A program made the position numbers and the translations under genes. The notes beneath the pieces were generated by a model that was given only the letters and a program-made list of their open reading frames with translations, was not told the origin of the DNA and made no database searches. This document shows, in pieces, positions 1 through 7,294 of a stretch of DNA of 33,210 nucleotides. Source of the DNA: a virus (Duplodnaviria > Caudoviricetes). How positions within the stretch are numbered: the first letter of the stretch is position 1; every line of letters begins with the position of its first letter. Location of the stretch: positions 1-33,210 of the IMG/VR virus record IMGVR_UViG_3300031922_000057. One strand, written 5' to 3'.

Positions 1-146
1 TCCGTGGCGTCATACGCAGGAATGGCGCAAAAGCTGGCTGTGAGTTTGTACGATAAATGCAAAATAGTAATAAAACGTAAAAACCCGAAAAAGCTAGTAT
101 TTAAGCATATTTGAATGTGATTTTAAAAAAACAACGTGCAAATAAT

Positions 147-188
147 AATAACTCCTTGAAGCAGTTTTTTAGGAGTTATTTGTTTTTT
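147..188 (+). terminator. Intrinsic terminator near the left end, possibly bidirectional
   Basis: Perfect 10-bp inverted repeat AATAACTCCT (147-156) / AGGAGTTATT (171-180), followed by TGTTTTTT. Confidence 0.65.
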
Positions 189-278
189 ATAACTAGTTTA
201 TAATAACCTTATAACTCCCTTTCAATAGGCGTTTAAATGCGTTTTTTATGTTTCGGAAATGGCATCAAAAACAGTGAT

Positions 279-405
279 TACTAACGAAATTTTTCACACA
301 TACAAACGAAGTTTTCGTTAGTCCTAAAATGGCGTTATTACGGCATTCCTGCAAAAAAGCCTTCAAAACGTACAAACGAAATTTTATTAAAACTACTAAC
401 GAAAC
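279..405 (+). repeat. TAC(A/T)AACGAA repeats, candidate transposase-binding sites
   Basis: Direct copies at 279, 301, 371 and 394 (two pairs, 22-23 bp apart). Inverted partial copies at 314-322 and 44-52. The CGAA(A) core resembles MuA sites. Confidence 0.6.
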
Positions 406-411
406 GCTTCA

Positions 412-846
412 TTAATATATGCTGTTTTTGATTTTATACTCCACCAGCCTTTCCTGAACTCCAAAAGTGCAAGCCACCTGTTGAATTGAATAACCTTCAC
501 ATTGGAAAAGTTCGCTATCTCCGATGAGTAGTTCGGCGGCAAACATATTCGCCTCCATTTCAAGCTTATCGGTACACAAAAAGGTATGTGTATCCCAGAA
601 AACCGTATTGATCTTCTTATGAAGCAAAGCATGTCCAAGTTCATGGGCGCATATTTGACGCTGTACATGAGGTTCTAAACTATTGTTAATATGTACTATC
701 TTCTTGCGCAGCTCGTGTTGATACATTCCTCTGATGTTTACTAAGTCACTAAATCTCACTGTTATATCTAAGAAACCGCAGAGGGCAAAAGGGTCATTTG
801 TTACGAATTTTTTCACTAACCTTTTTATAAGTTTTTTAGCATTCAA
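412..846 (-). CDS. immA: ImmA/IrrE-family metallopeptidase (anti-repressor)
   Basis: CAHELGHALLH HExxH motif, E-x-EAN-x-FAAELL motif, N-terminal NDPFAL. TTG start with AGGGGTGA RBS. Adjacent to an XRE repressor. Confidence 0.9.
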   Translation of the reverse strand: MNAKKLIKRLVKKFVTNDPFALCGFLDITVRFSDLVNIRGMYQHELRKKIVHINNSLEPHVQRQICAHELGHALLHKKINTVFWDTHTFLCTDKLEMEANMFAAELLIGDSELFQCEGYSIQQVACTFGVQERLVEYKIKNSIY

Positions 847-996
847 TCAGCATCACCCCTTATACCGTTGCTTTTAGGGGCATATCATTAATACCTGATT
901 CTCCTTTTGGACAAGGAATATATCAGTATATGAAAATCTGATAGCTGCCTTATATACTCCCTAAATCCGGTCAAAATTTGTAATAAAATCTCTTTA

Positions 997-1005
997 ATTA
1001 TAACA
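997..1005 (-). promoter_or_regulatory. Extended -10 promoter (TGnTATAAT) for immA
   Basis: Minus strand reads TGTTATAAT, just after the repressor terminator and about 150 nt before the immA start. Confidence 0.5.
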
Positions 1006-1035
1006 TTTCTTGAAGAATTTTCTTCTGATAAAGAG

Positions 1036-1073
1036 AAAAAAATAGCATAGTTACGCCTGATGTATCATATGCC
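1036..1073 (-). terminator. Terminator after the repressor gene
   Basis: Minus strand GGCATA...TATGCT stem directly after the stop codon, followed by ATTTTTTT. Confidence 0.5.
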
Positions 1074-1519
1074 TATTTACGATATTTTTTAGGTGTATAT
1101 TTTTCTTTAGCTTCTTTCTTAGCGAGGATCATGCCTTCCTCCAGCGCAGCCATTATTGCTCTTAAAGTATCTTCATCATCAGGCTTTCCATCAAAAGCCA
1201 GACCCACAGCAGCCATCATGCCTACTTTTATACCTTCGGCCTTACGCTTTATTTCCTCCATTTCTTTTTCAGACAGCTCAACTTCTTTCTTGCCTTGGGA
1301 AATGTTTTGTGAAGCATCTTCACGCCCAAGCAAAAAATCAACACTTACTCCATAAAAATCAGCTAACTTCTTCACATTTTCAAAGTCGGGTTCACTGTCG
1401 CCAGTCTCATATTTAGAGTATGTAGTTCTGTCAACTCCAATCGTTTTGGCTACTATAGTTTGGCTTGTCTTTTGTGGCCGATTTGCCCTCAGTTCTTTTA
1501 TCTTGTCTTTAAATTCCAT
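1073..1519 (-). CDS. XRE-family phage repressor (ImmR/cI-like)
   Basis: HTH SQTIVAKTIGVDRTTYSKYETGDSEP...LADFYGVSVDFLLGR. Start moved to ATG 1519 (GAGGTG RBS); the longer ORF start lies inside the operators. Confidence 0.92.
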   Translation of the reverse strand: MEFKDKIKELRANRPQKTSQTIVAKTIGVDRTTYSKYETGDSEPDFENVKKLADFYGVSVDFLLGREDASQNISQGKKEVELSEKEMEEIKRKAEGIKVGMMAAVGLAFDGKPDDEDTLRAIMAALEEGMILAKKEAKEKYTPKKYRK

Positions 1520-1567
1520 ATAAAACACCTCGCAAATACATTTTATGTGAAAATATTTCACATTTCA

Positions 1568-1596
1568 ATTATAGTGAAGATAATTCACATTGTCTA
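1568..1596 (-). promoter_or_regulatory. Sigma-A promoter for the repressor
   Basis: Minus strand TAGACA (1596-1591), 17-bp spacer, TATAAT (1573-1568). Operator 2 lies in the spacer. Confidence 0.75.
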
Positions 1597-1625
1597 TTGA
1601 CTTGTGCATTATCTTCACATATAAT
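1597..1625 (+). promoter_or_regulatory. Sigma-A early (lytic) promoter
   Basis: TTGACT (1597-1602), 17-bp spacer, TATAAT (1620-1625). Operator 3 lies in the spacer. Confidence 0.85.
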
Positions 1626-1693
1626 AATAGTGAAGATAATGCACATATAACGAAGAAACAGTGATATAAGTTCACTTTCGAGGAGGTGCTCTG

Positions 1694-1912
1694 ATGGAAA
1701 TAATGAAAGCGAAGCGAGAGGGAAAAAAACTCACGCAAGAGCAACTGGCAGAAATCGTAGGCGTTAATAGGTCTACAATAACGAAAATAGAAAATGGTGG
1801 AAGGCCATCGGTAAAGACATCCCAAAAAATAGCTGAAGCTCTTGAATTTGACTGGACTGAATTTTATAGCGACTGCCAAAAGCATAGTGTCTTAAAGGAG
1901 TTGATAACATGA
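1694..1912 (+). CDS. Cro-like XRE HTH protein
   Basis: LTQEQLAEIVGVNRSTITKIENG HTH; GAGGAGG RBS; divergent from the repressor. Confidence 0.9.
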   Translation: MEIMKAKREGKKLTQEQLAEIVGVNRSTITKIENGGRPSVKTSQKIAEALEFDWTEFYSDCQKHSVLKELIT

Positions 1913-2136
1913 CTAAGGTAGAGTTACTGAAAAAATATCATGGCATGGCCTGCTATAACCTGTTCTGTTACTCAAGGAATTATGCAATGACAGAGCCTAA
2001 AGAGGGTTCAGAGGCAGAGTGGAAACAAGCTGGTGGGGAAGTCGAACTGCTTGAGGAGATGATAAAGGAGCAGCAGCTGATAGAAAAAAATATCAATAAA
2101 GCTCATCGGTACTTAGATAAAAGACCCAGGATATAA
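1909..2136 (+). CDS. Hypothetical phage protein
   Basis: AAGGAG RBS; ATGA overlap with the cro stop. Confidence 0.75.
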   Translation: MTKVELLKKYHGMACYNLFCYSRNYAMTEPKEGSEAEWKQAGGEVELLEEMIKEQQLIEKNINKAHRYLDKRPRI

Positions 2137-2144
2137 CGATTAAA

Positions 2145-2207
2145 GTCGAAACGGAGCCAGCAGCTCCGTATGCCGGGGACGGCCTCCCGGTACTGATGAG
2201 ACAGGCT
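2145..2207 (+). ncRNA. Type II hammerhead ribozyme
   Basis: GTC-GAAA-[CGGAGC/GCTCCG]-TA^-[TGCCGGG/CCCGGTA]-CTGATGA-GAC. Complete core with open stem II (GTC/GAC). Loop I GGCCT pairs with 3' AGGCT as a pseudoknot. Predicted cut after A2170. Confidence 0.93.
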
Positions 2208-2236
2208 AGTAATTATGTGAGGAGGTGCAAATCCTG

Positions 2237-2536
2237 ATGACAAAAGATGCGGAAAACAAAATGAGTATGTACAATGCTTTTGGCACAGCACTTGTCAAGA
2301 TCAAAGATAGAGTTGGTGAAAAATTTGAGAAGTTGCATAATGAAGCTTTCAAGGCAGAACTTGAAAAACGCCGTGATGAGTGCCAGACACAACTAACTGA
2401 GCTGGTAAACGGTATTTTAGGCGAGTTAAGCCAGATAAAGGTTCTGAACGATGAGCTAGAAATAATAGAGATAAAGCTGCAAGCACAAGAAGAATGCTGT
2501 AAAGCGACACTGGGGGTGATAATGTGGAAGCAATGA
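2237..2536 (+). CDS. Hypothetical coiled-coil protein
   Basis: GGAGG at 2221-2225 supports ATG 2237; helical E/K/L-rich sequence. Confidence 0.7.
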   Translation: MTKDAENKMSMYNAFGTALVKIKDRVGEKFEKLHNEAFKAELEKRRDECQTQLTELVNGILGELSQIKVLNDELEIIEIKLQAQEECCKATLGVIMWKQ

Positions 2537-4509
2537 AATTAGAAAACAATCAAATATTACTTACAACAGGTCAGATAGCCGAACTTTACAGCATCACACA
2601 AAGGACAGTTCAGCTGTGGATCGAGTCAGGCAAGCTGCAGGCAGTACAGCAGGTATCCAACAAAGGGAAAGGCGGAGTAAGCCACATGATTCCCCTCTCT
2701 GCTTTGGATAATAAGCGTCAAATCCAGTATTGGAAGAAGAAAGACGTTGCTCCGATTGTTCCTGCAGAGAGCATCAAGGATGTTGCGGTGTCAAAGCAGT
2801 TTGATGAATTCACCGGAGATGAGCGTAAAGTAATTCAACAGTGGATTAAGGCAATCAATGAGTGGACGATGTACAGGTTAAGATATAAAGGTCAAATGGG
2901 TAATGCTGATCAGGAGTGGATAAGGTTAAATCAACGAAAGTATAAGGAAATAGGCCTGTCGGTTGACACTTTATACCGAAAGCTTAAGGCGCTTAAAAGC
3001 AATGATTATGATGGATTGATAGACAAGCGCGGAAAATGGGCTAAGGGCAAGAATAGCATACCTGAGACCGCATGGGAAGTATTTAAGTACATATATCTGG
3101 ATGAGAACCAAATATCCATAACTGAATGCCATAAGTATACGCTGATTTATTTTGAAAAGGAAATGCCGGGGATGTTGGCTGATATCCCCGGGTATGATGC
3201 GTTTTACAGAGCAGTAAAGACGATCCCGCATGCGGTGGTTAAATATTTTCGTGAGGGGGACAAGGTCTTTGAGGATGAAGCTTCGCCATATATAACTAGG
3301 CTGTATGACGATATCGAGGTCGGTGAAATATGGGTGGCGGACTATCATACATTTGACATCATGAGTATTGACGATGAAACACAAAGAGTTCATAGGTTGT
3401 CGATTATAGTTTTTATGGATGTACGTAGCCGCCTTGTAACAGGCTGGCATATTACGGATAATCCATCCAGCGATGGCGTACTGTATGCGTTGAGAAAAGG
3501 CATTCTTGATTATGGCATCCCGCGGTTTATATACGTGGATAACGGTTCTGAGTTTCTTTGCTTTGATATTGGAGGCAGAGGTCACCGAACGAAAAAGTCG
3601 GACAAACAGGTGCATGTGCCCCCGGGAGTATTTGAGCGATTGGGAATAAAAATGTGGAATGCTCAGGTGCGAAACGCAAAGGCCAAAATTATTGAGAGGA
3701 CTTTCCGGGAGTTTAAAGAGAAATTCAGCAGGCTTATTAAGGGTTTCTGTGGGGGTAACCCTCTAGAGAAGCCTGAGAATTTGAAAAAAACATTAAAATC
3801 GCGGAAAGGGATGTTGTTTGATTCCGAATTGAATGAAAATTTTCGTTTGTATGTTGAAGGTATGTACAACGAAACTAAGAGTAAAGGCATAGGCATGTAC
3901 GAGCGATCACCCAACGAAGTGTTTGCTGAAGAGCGTTTTGTTAAGCGTACAGCTACTCTTGAGGACTTGAACTTGATGTTAATGAGATCGAGTAAGATGC
4001 AAACGGTGGGACGTAAGGGTGTACATCTTGAAATCAGCGGCGAGAAGTTATTTTACTGGTCAAAAGACTTTCTGATAGAACATCAGGAGCAAAAGGTTTA
4101 TCTGCGTTACGATCCGGAAGATTTGCGAGAAGTAAGGGCATATGATGCGGAGGATAAATATTTGTGTACAGTACCGGTTGATAGCGACACCATACTTAAG
4201 TACGGTAGCAATAAGGAAGATGTTAAGAAGGCTATCAGCCAGATTAGGAGTTTCAAAAAAGCTGTCAAGGAATATAACGAAAACAGCATACTTGAGACAA
4301 TGCCCAAGATTGACAGGCTTGATCTTATGCTCTGGAAGTCCAAAAAGAATATTAAAGACCGGCAAGAGCAGGGTCATGCACAAGCCAAGATACTTGAAGT
4401 GGTCAGGGCTACCGAACCTATCACGCCGGAGCAGGAAACGATAGAAGATGGGATTATTAATATCCAGAGAACGATTACTAATGCAAATTTTAAAATGAAT
4501 GCCATGTAG
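2524..4509 (+). CDS. Mu-type DDE transposase (MuA-like)
   Basis: N-terminal HTH; catalytic WVADYHTFD, YVDNGSEF and KIIERTF motifs; C-terminal YLRYDPEDL Mu-transposase domain. Confidence 0.95.
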   Translation: MEAMKLENNQILLTTGQIAELYSITQRTVQLWIESGKLQAVQQVSNKGKGGVSHMIPLSALDNKRQIQYWKKKDVAPIVPAESIKDVAVSKQFDEFTGDERKVIQQWIKAINEWTMYRLRYKGQMGNADQEWIRLNQRKYKEIGLSVDTLYRKLKALKSNDYDGLIDKRGKWAKGKNSIPETAWEVFKYIYLDENQISITECHKYTLIYFEKEMPGMLADIPGYDAFYRAVKTIPHAVVKYFREGDKVFEDEASPYITRLYDDIEVGEIWVADYHTFDIMSIDDETQRVHRLSIIVFMDVRSRLVTGWHITDNPSSDGVLYALRKGILDYGIPRFIYVDNGSEFLCFDIGGRGHRTKKSDKQVHVPPGVFERLGIKMWNAQVRNAKAKIIERTFREFKEKFSRLIKGFCGGNPLEKPENLKKTLKSRKGMLFDSELNENFRLYVEGMYNETKSKGIGMYERSPNEVFAEERFVKRTATLEDLNLMLMRSSKMQTVGRKGVHLEISGEKLFYWSKDFLIEHQEQKVYLRYDPEDLREVRAYDAEDKYLCTVPVDSDTILKYGSNKEDVKKAISQIRSFKKAVKEYNENSILETMPKIDRLDLMLWKSKKNIKDRQEQGHAQAKILEVVRATEPITPEQETIEDGIINIQRTITNANFKMNAM

Positions 4510-4526
4510 GGAAGCTTATCGCCTTC

Positions 4527-4592
4527 CCTCCTGTAATGCGGCCCCGGAGATCGGGAGCGTTTCAAGCCGCAAATAACGCAGAGGACAGGGGG
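4527..4592 (+). ncRNA. Twister ribozyme (type P1) between MuA and MuB
   Basis: P1 CCTCCTG/CAGGGGG; T^AA; P2 TGCG/CGCA; GC; P3 CCCG/CGGG; P4 GCG/CGC closing loop TTTCAAGC; GAG-GA. Predicted cut between 4534 and 4535. Confidence 0.9.
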
Positions 4593-4600
4593 AGAAATTA

Positions 4601-5521
4601 ATGAACACATCGATAAGAGACAGAATTTTGCAGTATATCAAGGAAAGCGGGAAAAGCCAAACAAAGATTGCGCAGGAGTTTGGGGTATCGACTCCGATGT
4701 TTAATCAGTATTTAAGCGGCAAGTATCCTAATCCGGAGTCAGTTGAAGCAAAGGCAGAGGAGTTTTTCAGATTACGTGACAAGAGCGTGGGATTTGCGAA
4801 GGCTCCTGACTATGTTGAGACTTCTATTTCAACTGAGGTGTACCTCACGATTCAGTATTGTCATGTGAGCAGAGGTATCGGAGTGATAAGCGGGGATGCC
4901 GGGATTGGCAAGAGCAAAGCGGCTCTCAAGTATGCCCAGGATTACAGTGAGGCGATATATATAACCGCATCGAAAGCGTGTAAAAGCCTTAAGGATCTGT
5001 ATCGCATGGTAGCGAGGAAGCTTAGGATTAATGAGAATCGCAACTTGTTTGACATGCAGATCGATATACGCTCAAGGCTTGATGGATCCAATAAGGTGAT
5101 CATTATTGATGAGGCGCAGCATTTATCCGTAACGGCTATAGACGGCATCAGGTACTTTAATGATGAGGATAACGAAAACGGGTTGCAACCGGTCGGAATT
5201 GTATTTATAGGGAATCACGAGCTCAGGAATAAGATGATGGGTAAGTTTGAGCAGTCACTGGCACAGCTTTACAATAGGATTCAGATTCAACGAGTGATTT
5301 TTACCGGGAATGTTGCGGAAGAAGATATAAAGAAGCTCTTCCCTGTTTACGAAGAGAAGAGCTTTGCTGAGGAAGTTAAATTCCTCTTAGGGATCTCTCA
5401 GAGCAAGTGGGGAATTCGCGGTGCCATGAAACTTTTTATAAACGCATCAAACAACGAGAACATCACCATCAAGGGACTGAGAGCCATGGCTAAATATATG
5501 GGTATCGGAATGACAAGCTGA
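4601..5521 (+). CDS. MuB-like AAA+ transposition ATPase
   Basis: N-terminal HTH; Walker A GDAGIGKS; Walker B IIIDEAQHL; follows MuA. Confidence 0.95.
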   Translation: MNTSIRDRILQYIKESGKSQTKIAQEFGVSTPMFNQYLSGKYPNPESVEAKAEEFFRLRDKSVGFAKAPDYVETSISTEVYLTIQYCHVSRGIGVISGDAGIGKSKAALKYAQDYSEAIYITASKACKSLKDLYRMVARKLRINENRNLFDMQIDIRSRLDGSNKVIIIDEAQHLSVTAIDGIRYFNDEDNENGLQPVGIVFIGNHELRNKMMGKFEQSLAQLYNRIQIQRVIFTGNVAEEDIKKLFPVYEEKSFAEEVKFLLGISQSKWGIRGAMKLFINASNNENITIKGLRAMAKYMGIGMTS

Positions 5522-5609
5522 AACCCATAAGTTAAGTATAGCAATTTTTAAGTGTTATTTAAAGAGCATTATATGACCATTATAAGAACTTTAATTCAAG
5601 GAGGGAATT

Positions 5610-5732
5610 ATGCTGAAGCGGTTGATACATTTTATCCGGTATAGGACTGACGGCAGATACAGGTTGGCATATGACTGCCAGAAGCTTTGGGTACAAGTGA
5701 TGATTGCATCGGGTAGCATAACTGAAGTTTAA
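5610..5732 (+). CDS. Small 40-aa protein (MLKRLIHFIRYRTDGRYRLAYDCQKLWVQVMIASGSITEV), not in ORF track
   Basis: AAGGAGGG RBS before ATG 5610; open to TAA 5730-5732. Confidence 0.6.
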   Translation: MLKRLIHFIRYRTDGRYRLAYDCQKLWVQVMIASGSITEV

Positions 5733-5767
5733 GGAACATCTCAGGCCATATGAAAGGGGGCTAAGAA

Positions 5768-6238
5768 ATGATAGAGATAGAATTTATGAAACATTTTACA
5801 AAGATCGAAATCTTAGAAGCACTTGAGAGCTACGCAAATTCCAAGCTTTTATACCGAAAGATTTGCGCAATGCTCTATGAGACAAAATCAGACATGCTGT
5901 TTGGAAAATTGGAGCAACTTAATGATCGGTCAAGAAAAGTAATAAATGAACCATTAGAGTACGAGAAGCTCCATATAGAATGGATCAAAACATACGATGC
6001 TGTGAAAAGGCTTGATGAGCACTTTGAGTGCATATGCCGAAGCAGAGATAAGGCATCCGATGTCACAAACAAACTGCCGGACAAGGGTATCGATACCATA
6101 CAAAAAACTCAGATAACATATGTGGTTAACGACATGGATCGGTGCTTGATGTGTAGTACTTACGTTCCTGAAGGACGACAGGTTTGTCTTGCTTGCGAAA
6201 ATGGAACAACAAATATAATTGGATATCCTAATATGTAA
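5768..6238 (+). CDS. Hypothetical protein with C-terminal CxxC...CxxC zinc-finger-like motif
   Basis: AAAGGGGG RBS; CLMC-x10-CLAC. Confidence 0.7.
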   Translation: MIEIEFMKHFTKIEILEALESYANSKLLYRKICAMLYETKSDMLFGKLEQLNDRSRKVINEPLEYEKLHIEWIKTYDAVKRLDEHFECICRSRDKASDVTNKLPDKGIDTIQKTQITYVVNDMDRCLMCSTYVPEGRQVCLACENGTTNIIGYPNM

Positions 6239-6264
6239 AATCCGTTTGACCGCAAGGTCAGCGG

Positions 6265-6322
6265 TCTTAATGCAGCTTCCTGATGGGGAACCGTCCCAAG
6301 CCGGTATAGATGCAGAGGGGGA
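6265..6322 (+). ncRNA. Second twister ribozyme (type P1, short P1)
   Basis: T^AA; P2 TGCA/TGCA; GC; P3 TTCC/GGGA; P4 ACCG/CGGT closing loop TCCCAAGC; GAG-GG; P1 only TCT/GGA. Preceded by a GCAA-tetraloop hairpin (6242-6264). Predicted cut between 6268 and 6269. Confidence 0.85.
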
Positions 6323-6347
6323 ATAAAATACGATGGGGGGAATTAAG

Positions 6348-6590
6348 ATGAGTATCAGGCATAAGGTAATTTCAAAAGGCGGCAGCCTGACAATCCCTGC
6401 GGATATCAGGCGGGAGTACAACTCTTTCCTAGGGGGCGAAGCTGTGGACATTACAGTAGAGGATGGTAAAGTTGTAATTGCGCCGCATACTCCACGGTGT
6501 ATTTTTTGCGGGGATACAACTGAAGTTGGTAGGTATAGAGGCAAAAACGTTTGCAAAAAATGTGTAAGCGAAATGACGGAGGTGATTTAA
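6348..6590 (+). CDS. AbrB/MazE/SpoVT-family DNA-binding protein, clostridial AbrB-like
   Basis: GSLTIPADIRRE...GEAVDITVEDGKVVI fold motif plus CIFCG...VCKKC tail; start set by GGGGGG RBS. Confidence 0.85.
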   Translation: MSIRHKVISKGGSLTIPADIRREYNSFLGGEAVDITVEDGKVVIAPHTPRCIFCGDTTEVGRYRGKNVCKKCVSEMTEVI

Positions 6591-6592
6591 CA

Positions 6593-7267
6593 ATGCTGAA
6601 CGGTGAAATTATTGCAAAGGTTGACAATTTATCAAAATGGATGAAATTAGCTGAAGAAGCAAGAAAAGAGATTGAAAGAATCAAGGGTGAGTTTCAGAAG
6701 CTTGGTGTTGAAGCGTTGAATGACAAGAAGGTTAAACAGGTTGAGTTTTGGGGCAGCGATAATGCAAAGGTTGTTATTACATGCAGCGAAAGCCTAAAGG
6801 TGGTATCGCATTCGTTTCTGTCGCAAACTCTTGGCTATATATTAAGCGATTTTGTCAAAGAGGAGCGCATATACAAGTATACGGAGCCTTTTAAGCGCAT
6901 ATTGACTGCGGTATTCCAAGGGACTTACGTAGAGCAGTCTGTGGATGATGTGATTGCACAAGTTGCGACAGACGATAAGACTGCGACTGCTCTTAAGAAG
7001 AAATTAAAGGGTAATTGGGAAAAGGATGTGGAGACTCTTAAAAATCTTGCGGGGCTACGTCAAATGGATGCGGAGCATTATGCGTACTTTGTACAGGAAG
7101 CCGCAAATTATGAACGAATCGTTCAGCTTCTGGAGACAGCCGGGTATAGAAAGAATACGATTGAGTTTGAGGTGGCGCTTCGTGCAATCAGAAATGCTGT
7201 TGTAGTGGAGGAAGGCATTAAGGTCGGAGTCGAGTATGACGAGAGCGGGGATATGTTGCCGTTTTAA
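6593..7267 (+). CDS. Hypothetical early protein (occupies the position of Mu Gam; homology not established)
   Basis: GGAGGTG RBS before ATG 6593; N-terminal coiled coil. Confidence 0.7.
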   Translation: MLNGEIIAKVDNLSKWMKLAEEARKEIERIKGEFQKLGVEALNDKKVKQVEFWGSDNAKVVITCSESLKVVSHSFLSQTLGYILSDFVKEERIYKYTEPFKRILTAVFQGTYVEQSVDDVIAQVATDDKTATALKKKLKGNWEKDVETLKNLAGLRQMDAEHYAYFVQEAANYERIVQLLETAGYRKNTIEFEVALRAIRNAVVVEEGIKVGVEYDESGDMLPF

Positions 7268-7294
7268 AAATCCAAAGCGATGAAGGTGTTTTAG

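Larger units (their letters stand above)
1547..1675. promoter_or_regulatory. Five 15-bp operators GTG(A/C)(A/T)-N5-T(T/G)CAC
   Basis: 1547 GTGAAAATATTTCAC; 1574 GTGAAGATAATTCAC; 1604 GTGCATTATCTTCAC; 1630 GTGAAGATAATGCAC; 1661 GTGATATAAGTTCAC. Confidence 0.88.

Noticed and set aside
1-114. End of a host gene
   Set aside because: Too short; all three plus frames are open for some distance and no product can be supported.
279-405. Possible CRISPR array or iterons
   Set aside because: Repeats are only 10-15 bp and irregularly spaced, with no cas or rep gene; protein-binding sites fit better.
847-1693. LexA (GAAC-N4-GTTC) box controlling induction
   Set aside because: No convincing match seen in the intergenic parts; the palindromes are GTGAA-N5-TTCAC type.
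1520-1885. Repressor N-terminal extension to 1561 and ORF 1565-1885 (-)
   Set aside because: Both run through the operator/promoter region; ATG 1519 has the proper RBS.
6593-7267. Calling this gene Mu gam
   Set aside because: Position and coiled coil fit, but I could not recognise Gam-specific motifs.
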